64,000 nt of DNA, taken from positions 425 through 64,424 of the forward strand of contig JAUWOA010000002.1 in assembly GCA_030612365.1 (NCBI GenBank), read 5' to 3'. Position numbers and translations under genes: made by a program. Positions 57,579-64,000 of this stretch are shown here, one piece after another; positions within the stretch are counted from its first letter, which is position 1, and every line of letters begins with the position of its first letter. Under the pieces are notes generated by a model. It was given only the letters and a program-made list of their open reading frames with translations, had not been told where the DNA came from and did no database searches. Origin of the DNA: Candidatus Thorarchaeota archaeon (GTDB lineage: Archaea; Asgardarchaeota; Thorarchaeia; Thorarchaeales; Thorarchaeaceae).

Positions 57579-58769
57579 CTACTCTAGGGGCACTTTCTTG
57601 CCGTTGATGAAGACCTGCGTGACTTCACTGTAGAAGTCGAATGGGTCACCAGACCACATCACTAGATCTGCATCTTTCCCAGGTTCAAGAGAACCTACTC
57701 GGTCTTCAATCGCCAAGATCTCAGCAGGATTCATAGTGACACACCTCAACGCATCCTCCCGGCTCATGCCATGCTTAATCGCATACATTGGCAGAAGCGG
57801 GAAGTAGTTCATTGGCGTGAGCGAGTCTGTCTGAAGCGCCACTTTCACACCAGCCTTGTTGAGAATGACTGCAGTCTTGAAGCCACGCTCTTTTGTTTCT
57901 GGTTTGGTGACCCAAAGCATGGTCGGGCCAATAACTGCCGGGACTCCCTTCTTGGCTATATGCTTGGCAATCTTGTGGCCTTCTGTGCAGTGGATGATTA
58001 CGAGCCTCAGATTGAACTCTTCCGCGATTCTAATGATAGTAGCGATGTCATCAGCCCGGTGAGAATGTGCATGAAGGGGTATCTGTCTCTTGAGGACCTT
58101 GGCTATAGTTTCTAGACCCAGGTCTCTCTTCGGCGGCGTCGGTATCGCTTCACCTTTCTCATTCGCTTCTCTGGCTTTCGCACCGAAGGCTTTCCACTCG
58201 TCCAAGTAATTCTGACCATCTGTGAGCGTTTTTCTCAGAAGCGCTGCAACACCCATTCGAGTTGAAGGCATTCTCTTGTTGTCTGCGCCATGTACTCTTT
58301 TTGGGTTCTCTCCAAGCGCGATCTTGAGAGCCGATGGAGACATCACAATCATCTCCTCAACGACATTGCCGCCCATCGGCTTGATAACAAATGCCTCACC
58401 AGAAATCACGTTCCCCGACCCGGGACCCGTATTGATGCAGGTCACACCTCCACTTGTTATCTCCCTGAGTGACGCTTCGAACGGGTTGAAGCCGTCCATT
58501 CCGCGCATCTCGGGAGTGATTGGGGTTGTCATCTCATTTCCGTCCATGCCGGCCCAACCAATCGAACCGTCGAACAATCCATGGTGACAATGCGCATCTA
58601 TGAAGCCTGGCAGTACATACTGTCCCTTGGCGTTAATCTTCTTGGCCTTGGTGGGTATGGTTATCGACTTGCCAACCTTGACGATTTTTCCCTTGTCAAA
58701 CAGAACAATACCGTTCTTTATCACACCCTGTACGGGGCACATTATTGTTGCATTTGTAATCGCAATCAT
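57579..58769 (-). CDS. metal-dependent amidohydrolase superfamily protein
   Basis: GFIDAHCHHG (H-x-H metal site) after a beta-sandwich N-terminus, later HAHSH, HCTEGH, and GSLEPGKDADLVMW (catalytic Asp region). Confidence 0.8.
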   Translation of the reverse strand: MIAITNATIMCPVQGVIKNGIVLFDKGKIVKVGKSITIPTKAKKINAKGQYVLPGFIDAHCHHGLFDGSIGWAGMDGNEMTTPITPEMRGMDGFNPFEASLREITSGGVTCINTGPGSGNVISGEAFVIKPMGGNVVEEMIVMSPSALKIALGENPKRVHGADNKRMPSTRMGVAALLRKTLTDGQNYLDEWKAFGAKAREANEKGEAIPTPPKRDLGLETIAKVLKRQIPLHAHSHRADDIATIIRIAEEFNLRLVIIHCTEGHKIAKHIAKKGVPAVIGPTMLWVTKPETKERGFKTAVILNKAGVKVALQTDSLTPMNYFPLLPMYAIKHGMSREDALRCVTMNPAEILAIEDRVGSLEPGKDADLVMWSGDPFDFYSEVTQVFINGKKVPLE

Positions 58770-58836
58770 GCTCGCTCATCCACTGTATGTACGTCATGGT
58801 GTTGAGAAAAGTCTTCTCGTTTATGAGGGGCTTCTA

Positions 58837-59133
58837 CTACTTGCTTGGTGCGCCCTTCCAATCAAGAATATGCGCCATCCAACCCGCAGTTCGTGCCATG
58901 GCAAACAGTGAGGTGTTGAGTTCTGCGGGTATACCCAGAGTTGCGTAAACAGCAGCATTGTAGAGGTCCACGTTTGGATGCAGTGTCAACCCCTTTCAGT
59001 TCGACCCGGTCCAATCAAGCTGATAAGGCTAGCTATCCTTGGTCACTCACGAATGGCTTCAGGGTATGCAACAGCTGCCAAGAATTCGTGCAATCCTGGA
59101 TATTTTGTAGGTGGTCATAACATGGTGCACAGG
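58837..59133 (-). pseudogene. decayed citrate synthase family gene fragment
   Basis: Minus-strand frame reads ...PVHHVMTTYKISRIARIL..(five in-frame stops)..KGLTLHPNVDLYNAAVYATLGIPAELNTSLFAMARTAGWMAHILDW. The last ~50 codons match the citrate synthase C-terminal signature PN(V/T)D(F/Y)Y...LG(I/F)P...LFA..R..GW.AH. The upstream part resembles GFGHRVYK..DPRA but is broken. Weaker remnants may extend to ~59400. Confidence 0.55.
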
Positions 59134-59405
59134 ATTGAGTTGTGTGGACGTTCAATGCTGATTGCTAGGGCGTGCATGCAATTTGGTCGCCGCCAGTTGG
59201 ACGGAGACAGAAAACGCTTGTGGAGCGGACGTAAGACGTGTGGCAGATTCAGCAGAATCTGCAGAGCAGACCTCAATGAATCAGGAACCGAACATCAGTT
59301 AAGGACATGATGTCCAAGATTGTACAAGTTTCGGGCAACGGTGAACAGTTAAGTTGTGTAGTAAAACCGGAAGCGTCAATGCTTGAAGCGGAGGGATGAA
59401 TACCT

Positions 59406-60440
59406 GTGGTGCGACCCGGTCCAGGCTGTGCTGTTTGGGAGATCACACTGAGGTGCAATCTAAATTGCATGCATTGCGGCTCCGCAGCTGGAAAAGCACG
59501 AAGCGATGAGCTTACCACAGATGAGGCGCTTCAATTATGTGATGACCTGAAGGGCATCGGCTGTCAGGGCGTTGCGATGATGGGTGGCGAGCCACTACTT
59601 AGGAAGGATTGGCCAGTTATCGCAGAACGAGTGCGCAACGTAGGCATGGATTTGTCGATCATCACTAACGGATACAAAATCGCTGAGAGCAAATTCCAAC
59701 AAATCCTTGATATCAACCCTGAATTGGTTACAGTAAGCATTGATGGCGGGCACGCCGCTGTTCATGATAAGATTCGTGGAGTTCCGGGCTCCTTCAAGGA
59801 GGTAGTAGCAACTCTTCGTCGATTCGTGGAATCTGGTTTGCCAACTGGTGTCATCACCACTGTCCACAAGATGAACCTCAGCGAGCTTCCCACTATCCGA
59901 AAACTCTTGCTGGGCACAGGCGTAGCGTGGCAGATACAGATGGCCACCCCCTACGGACGGCTCACATATGATCATGTTCTCTCAAAGGAAGAGTATTATT
60001 CGCTAGCCCTATTCATTGCTGCCACCCGGAAGAGATACTCCAAGAAGGAGATCATGATTGCAGGTGCACACGACATGGGTTACTTCTCACGGGTTCTCCC
60101 CCCCTTGCAAGTGTATCCATGGCAAGGCTGTCAAGCTGGCATCTCAACACTTGGGATTGAGAGCAATGGAAACATCCTTGGTTGTCTTGCATTACCTCCA
60201 AAGTTCGTGGAGGGCAACATTCGCGAGCGGCCTTTGAAAGAGATCTGGAACGATGACGCTTTTTCCTCGTACACTCGCAAAGTTCGGCGGACCGACTTGG
60301 GCAGCAAGTGCGCGAGCTGTACATACAGTAAGATATGCAAGGGTGGCTGTTCTGCCGTCTCTCATTCGATGGCAGGCGGACTTCATCGGGATCCATATTG
60401 CCTTCGTTTGATTGAGGGGGAACTCAAGAAAAGCGACTGA
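59406..60440 (+). CDS. radical SAM enzyme with C-terminal SPASM/twitch domain
   Basis: CNLNCMHC (C-x3-C-x2-C) at aa 17-24, GGEPLL, ITNGY, then GCQAG...ESNGNILGC and CASCTYSKICKGGCSA auxiliary-cluster cysteines. GTG start; GGAGG at 59390..59394. Confidence 0.85.
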   Translation: MVRPGPGCAVWEITLRCNLNCMHCGSAAGKARSDELTTDEALQLCDDLKGIGCQGVAMMGGEPLLRKDWPVIAERVRNVGMDLSIITNGYKIAESKFQQILDINPELVTVSIDGGHAAVHDKIRGVPGSFKEVVATLRRFVESGLPTGVITTVHKMNLSELPTIRKLLLGTGVAWQIQMATPYGRLTYDHVLSKEEYYSLALFIAATRKRYSKKEIMIAGAHDMGYFSRVLPPLQVYPWQGCQAGISTLGIESNGNILGCLALPPKFVEGNIRERPLKEIWNDDAFSSYTRKVRRTDLGSKCASCTYSKICKGGCSAVSHSMAGGLHRDPYCLRLIEGELKKSD

Positions 60441-60484
60441 CGTCTTTGGAAAAACATATCTTCTAAGGACAACTCCATTACATC

Positions 60485-60850
60485 ATGTCATTGGTTGACA
60501 TGATTCCAGTTGGGATTGAGCTACTCCGACTTAGTGGTCGAGAGAGAGTGTACGCTATTCTATCACGGCTGTTTAAAGCTAAGCCGATATCTCCAGCATA
60601 TAGAAGAAGAATCAGGCCACTCGGCGCTAGCGTGGGATTGTCAGAGGCTGAGGTTGACGAGGTTATCAGCGGGAGTCCTAATGTTACGAGCCTTCCATTT
60701 TGGTTGAAGTGGGTTCTTGTTGTTTTCATCATCATTGTGTTGATTCTTGGTGCCATCGGGGTGACCGGGTCGTATGTGCCCTGGTTTACGAATCCGCTCT
60801 ACGTTCCCGGTACCGACTATGCAAGTATCAAGCCTAAGGATTTCTTGTAG
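60485..60850 (+). CDS. tandem family member 1: HTH-like N-domain + single TM + conserved C-terminal tail
   Basis: 121 aa. N-domain LGASVGLSEAEVDEV, TM WVLVVFIIIVLILGAIGV, tail LYVPGTDYASIKPKDFL-stop. Starts 44 nt after the rSAM stop. Confidence 0.6.
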   Translation: MSLVDMIPVGIELLRLSGRERVYAILSRLFKAKPISPAYRRRIRPLGASVGLSEAEVDEVISGSPNVTSLPFWLKWVLVVFIIIVLILGAIGVTGSYVPWFTNPLYVPGTDYASIKPKDFL

Positions 60851-60972
60851 GAATGGCCTATTGAGTTCGTAGCGTATGTCTGAAGATCAAGTGGCATTGC
60901 ACTATTCAACCAATTCCCTCATCCCTTGCGCGTTGCGCAAATATCTTATGCGAGTTAGCCTAATGTTCGTAT

Positions 60973-61305
60973 ATGCTTCTAAATAACCCCTCCTCCGTCG
61001 GACTTGACATCCTCCGCACCCGGGGCGGAGCTCGTCTATACCAATTGGTTCTTCGAATTGCGGGGGTTCCAACAATCAGGGCAATGCCCTCGAAGGAACT
61101 AGTACGTCTTGGAGCCAAGGTCGGGCTTGAAGCGTCGGAGGTTGAACAGGTTGCAGAGAACAGACCTGATGCAAACGTATTCCCCAAATGGTTGCAGCTA
61201 ATTTTGGCAATCATTGTGATTGCTGGCTCGTACTATCTGTGGCGAAGAATGACCTACCTCCCCGGGACGTTGTATGGAGCCATAGGTCCACGGGACTTCT
61301 TATAG
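60973..61305 (+). CDS. tandem family member 2
   Basis: 110 aa, collinear with member 1 (VGLDILRTRGGARLY / VGIELLRLSGRERVY; LGAKVGLEASEVEQV). TM LQLILAIIVIAGSYYL, tail TYLPGTLYGAIGPRDFL-stop. Confidence 0.6.
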   Translation: MLLNNPSSVGLDILRTRGGARLYQLVLRIAGVPTIRAMPSKELVRLGAKVGLEASEVEQVAENRPDANVFPKWLQLILAIIVIAGSYYLWRRMTYLPGTLYGAIGPRDFL

Positions 61306-61398
61306 GACTGGTCCAAAGAGCTCATCTGTATAACTTGGAAACTGGCTTGCATTACGCTAATCAACAGCTTTTATGCTTCGGAACCCGACCATCTTCTC

Positions 61399-61758
61399 AT
61401 GACTTGGAGGGAATCCATTCTCTACGAACTGAACGCAGTTCGCTTTCGACGGCTTGGTGGGCTCAAGGACTGGGTGCGCGGTTTCTTGACAACATCAGTT
61501 CTTGACACGGAGAAAGCCGAGCTGCTAGGCGCTCAAGCTTGTCTGACACCCAACGAGGTTGGAGCCGCCATGGATGCTCGAATGAGCAGAAAAGGCAGTA
61601 TCCTGTTCAAATTAACGGTAGTAGTATTCACTCTCATAATTGTGGGTGCAGTTGTTCTGGCAGACCCACTAGGTGTTTTTGGTCAATACCCCGCCACCAA
61701 TACCACGTACGTGCCGGGTACGCGCTATGGCAGCATCAGCCCAAAGGACTTCCGGTAG
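61399..61758 (+). CDS. tandem family member 3
   Basis: 119 aa. LGAQACLTPNEVGAA, TM LTVVVFTLIIVGAVVLA, tail NTTYVPGTRYGSISPKDFR-stop. Confidence 0.6.
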   Translation: MTWRESILYELNAVRFRRLGGLKDWVRGFLTTSVLDTEKAELLGAQACLTPNEVGAAMDARMSRKGSILFKLTVVVFTLIIVGAVVLADPLGVFGQYPATNTTYVPGTRYGSISPKDFR

Positions 61759-61850
61759 GGATTCGCGCATTAGCATTCGTTGATTATTCAGGACCTGTTG
61801 CGCTACGCCAACCGATAATCTTAACGGCTTTGACCCCATACTATACAACT

Positions 61851-62219
61851 ATGAATTGGATGGAACTCTGTCTGTATCAACTGGATGTGGCTTCTATCCG
61901 GGGGAGCCGCCGCTTCCTTGGGCCTATGCAATGGCTTCGCAGTTTCTTGACAAAACCAGTCCTTGAGTCAGAGAAGATCGAGCAGCTCGGTGCTCAAGCA
62001 GGTCTCACACCCAATGAGGTCCAAGACGCAGTAAGCACGCCCGCAAGCAAGGGTGAGAGCATAGTGTTCAAACTGGTTGTGGTGATTGTGTTTCTTTTCA
62101 TCTTGATTTCAGCTATCATAACGAGCCCAATAGGCGCCTACATCAACCAGGAGCTCTTCAACACAACTTACCTGCCAGGGACACTCTATGGAAGCATCAG
62201 TCCGAAAGACTTCAGGTAA
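61851..62219 (+). CDS. tandem family member 4
   Basis: 122 aa from the in-frame ATG at 61851 (the ORF-track start at 61539 overlaps member 3). LGAQAGLTPNEVQDA, TM LVVVIVFLFILISAIIT, tail NTTYLPGTLYGSISPKDFR-stop. Confidence 0.6.
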   Translation: MNWMELCLYQLDVASIRGSRRFLGPMQWLRSFLTKPVLESEKIEQLGAQAGLTPNEVQDAVSTPASKGESIVFKLVVVIVFLFILISAIITSPIGAYINQELFNTTYLPGTLYGSISPKDFR

Positions 62220-62224
62220 ACACG

Positions 62225-63538
62225 ATGCGAATCCATGTGGGCTGTGGCCCAGTCTACAAGAAGGGCTACATCAACATTGACATACTTGATACTACCGTTG
62301 CCGATCGCATCATGTCTGCATATCATCTGGAATTTCCCGATGATTCAGCTAGTCTTGTGGAGTGCATGCATACTCTCGAACACCTCGGTGCAGCGAAGAG
62401 CATCTATGCATTGGCTGAATTCTTCCGCGTATTGAAACCGGGAGGCGTTCTACTTCTAGAAACCCCCGATATAGAAGCAGCCTTTGCGAACTTCCTCAAG
62501 AATGGGGAAGAACAAAGGAAGCTCCTAATGAACTGGATCTACGGCTTGGATTCGCCAGGGATGGGGCATCGCTACTGCTTCCCCCGGGAACTGCTTAGTC
62601 GCATGTTGAAGGAAACTGGCTTCAAAGATATTCAGTTGAAAAGATTCGCAACTAAATCCGCTCAGCCAACATTGCGAGTCAAATGCAGGAAGCCTGAATC
62701 GTATGTCGCCCATCAGATTATTTCACGCATACGGCGTTCCCTGGTAGATAATGGCCTGATTGATCTTGATGACCAAGTCAGTGCACTTGATCGCGAAACT
62801 CTCATCCAATCTCTTGCATCGCTGACACATCAATTGTGTGCTAAATGGGATGAACTGACGTTGAAGCAAATGACCATAGAATCAGCGGTGCAGAATCCGC
62901 GAATGGGGCTGGCTTTCATCGAGCAACTTGAGAGCCAGATTTCTGAGTCACCTTCTCGGGTGAAGAGGTATGGACGGATTCTCGAAACGCTGGGGTCTCT
63001 TGACTTCCCTGCAGTTCTATTGCATCTCTTCATGCAGGTTCCACTACAAGTCGGAATTCAGAATCAGACGTACCTTACTGTCCGGAACATGGGGGTTGCC
63101 ACCGTCAAGAAGCTTCTTGCAGGAACAGAAAAACAAGCAGTCTTGAAGGAGCTACGACGAACACGTGCGGTGCTGTCTGACGACAAAATCCTGAGCCACT
63201 TCTCTGAAGAAGGAGTGAAGCGCCTTGCAGAGCAGAGTTTCGCTCACGGTGCAAAATCTTTTGCTAATCATGAACTGACTGAGGCTGTTCGCTTGTTCGA
63301 AGAGGCGTTCAGTCTTAATCGCGATGATCTTCTCATTACATGGAACCTAGCGCGCTTGAAGGCGGTCGAAGGAAACGGAGATGCATCAAAGAAGTACTAT
63401 GATATGACTTCGTTACTTGCCCAACGCTACAAGCAACCCTTTCGTCGAAGGATGCTCGAGCGGCTTCGCTCTGAAATCCGCCTTGCATCCGAGGGCCAGG
63501 TGGATGGCCTGACAGCACCAGTCTATCAGGCCCTCTAG
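62225..63538 (+). CDS. class I SAM-dependent methyltransferase fused to a helical (TPR-like) C-terminal region
   Basis: Motif I HVGCGP, LEHLG, post-II LKPGGVLLLETPD. About 250 further aa are largely helical, ending in TPR-like repeats (AVRLFEEAFSLNRDDLLITWNLARLKAVEGNGDASKKYY). Starts 5 nt after member 4. Confidence 0.8.
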   Translation: MRIHVGCGPVYKKGYINIDILDTTVADRIMSAYHLEFPDDSASLVECMHTLEHLGAAKSIYALAEFFRVLKPGGVLLLETPDIEAAFANFLKNGEEQRKLLMNWIYGLDSPGMGHRYCFPRELLSRMLKETGFKDIQLKRFATKSAQPTLRVKCRKPESYVAHQIISRIRRSLVDNGLIDLDDQVSALDRETLIQSLASLTHQLCAKWDELTLKQMTIESAVQNPRMGLAFIEQLESQISESPSRVKRYGRILETLGSLDFPAVLLHLFMQVPLQVGIQNQTYLTVRNMGVATVKKLLAGTEKQAVLKELRRTRAVLSDDKILSHFSEEGVKRLAEQSFAHGAKSFANHELTEAVRLFEEAFSLNRDDLLITWNLARLKAVEGNGDASKKYYDMTSLLAQRYKQPFRRRMLERLRSEIRLASEGQVDGLTAPVYQAL

Positions 63539-63562
63539 CAACACAATGTGTTGATTGACTGT

Positions 63563-64000
63563 TTACAGTTTCTTGGCAATTAGCGCTGCCAAATCAGCTA
63601 GGCGATGTGCGTAGCCTGATTCATTGTCATACCAGCCAAGAACCTTGACCATCTTCCCCTGAGTCATTGTCGCAAGGGAGTCGAAAGAACAGGAATCTGT
63701 ATCGTTAATGAAGTCGGATGAAACAAGCGGCTCGTCAACGTACCCTAGGTACGGCGCCATGTCTCCCTTCTCGGAGGCTTTCTTGAATGCCTCGTTGACA
63801 ACGTCTACAGATACATCCTTCTCAACCTCAGCAACGAGGTCGACCAACGACACGTCCATCAAGGGGATTCTAATTGCCATTCCATTCAACCTGCCGACCA
63901 TCTTAGGATAGACCAGACCGATAGCTTTGGCAGCTCCAGTGGTCGTAGGAATCATGTTCCATGCTCCAGCCCTGGCCCTTCTGAGATCCTTATGCCACAT
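63563..64000 (-). CDS. gap: glyceraldehyde-3-phosphate dehydrogenase, type I (bacterial/eukaryotic-like), C-terminal part; 5' end outside window
   Basis: HKDLRRARAGAWNMIPTTTGAAKAIGLVYPKMVGRLNGMAIRIPLMDVSLVDL and WYDNESGYAHRLADL are the classical GapA catalytic-domain motifs. The ORF runs off the window edge. Confidence 0.9.
   Translation of the reverse strand: MWHKDLRRARAGAWNMIPTTTGAAKAIGLVYPKMVGRLNGMAIRIPLMDVSLVDLVAEVEKDVSVDVVNEAFKKASEKGDMAPYLGYVDEPLVSSDFINDTDSCSFDSLATMTQGKMVKVLGWYDNESGYAHRLADLAALIAKKL

Larger units (their letters stand above)
60485..62219 (+). repeat. four-copy tandem gene array (period about 430-490 bp)
   Basis: Gene starts at 60485, 60973, 61399 and 61851. Members 1/2 and 3/4 form two more similar pairs, which implies two rounds of duplication. 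Confidence 0.7.

Noticed and set aside
58837-59133. The in-frame TGA codons in the citrate synthase relic might indicate stop-codon recoding (TGA as sense or Sec).
   Set aside because: TGA clearly terminates well-supported genes in this window (for example the RadA-like gene at 587 and ORF 1029..1640). A TAG also interrupts the frame, the N-terminal two thirds of the gene are absent, and the conserved catalytic region is degraded. Pseudogene is the simpler reading.
58978-59310. 110-aa plus-strand ORF in the amidohydrolase/rSAM intergenic region.
   Set aside because: Its composition (R/C/G-rich) is not protein-like, and the opposite strand carries a recognisable citrate synthase relic. I treat it as a shadow ORF.
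61539-61850. The ORF track gives a 226-aa ORF (61539..62219) that overlaps tandem family member 3.
   Set aside because: Its N-terminal 104 codons run out of frame across gene 61399..61758 and have Cys/Arg/Ser-rich composition. The homologous family protein starts at the in-frame ATG at 61851, so the ORF was trimmed.
1-64000. Looked for CRISPR arrays, rRNA/tRNA genes, transposases, integrases and inverted-repeat-bounded elements.
   Set aside because: I saw no regularly spaced direct repeats, no recognisable RNA gene signatures, and no DDE, tyrosine or serine recombinase motifs. A computational scan (tRNAscan-SE, Infernal, ISEScan, CRISPR finders) would be needed to be certain.

Overview
This 64-kb window is about 50% GC by eye and densely coding, with roughly 55 genes. 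It reads as archaeal: FEN-1 with a C-terminal PIP-like box, XPD- and Ski2/Hel308-type helicases, RadA-family proteins, many GTG/TTG starts, GGAGG ribosome-binding motifs, and 1-4 nt stop/start overlaps. Rubrerythrin plus a flavodiiron protein suggest an anaerobe. Eukaryote-like modules (a longin/roadblock-like domain, an LRR protein, a SWIM finger next to Rad51-like paralogs) make an Asgard-type lineage plausible, but that is inference only.

Layout:
- 1-14.2 kb: a tightly coupled same-strand operon of about 14 genes. It interleaves three RecA/RadA-fold proteins, an XPD helicase, a SWIM-bearing Ski2/Hel308-like helicase, an apparently inactivated membrane-anchored HerA/FtsK-like protein, FEN-1, and several membrane or unknown proteins. 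A soluble histidine kinase follows.
- 15.5-28.1 kb: a 2608-aa secreted, C-terminally anchored giant protein (prenyltransferase-like repeats plus about 17 Ig-like modules), flanked by two paralogous 630-665-aa unknown proteins.
- 28.8-39 kb: rubrerythrin, flavodiiron protein, penicillin-acylase-family Ntn hydrolase, and two tandem atypical carbamoyltransferases.
- 37.3-44.6 kb: a complete Opp/Dpp-type ABC importer.
- 48-52.4 kb: two orphan OppD-like ATPases flanking a 7TM protein with a longin-like domain, then an LRR protein.
- 52.4-58.8 kb: wHTH regulator, ABC-2 exporter, MFS transporter, Cys-Ntn hydrolase, amidohydrolase.
- 58.8-59.1 kb (possibly to 59.4 kb): a decayed citrate synthase fragment.
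- 59.4-63.5 kb: a radical SAM/SPASM enzyme, four tandem paralogous single-TM proteins with an invariant C-terminal tail, and a methyltransferase.
- Window end: a partial type-I GAPDH.

I recognised no rRNA, tRNA, CRISPR array, transposase or integrase. All homology calls rest on motif recognition by eye; no database search was run.
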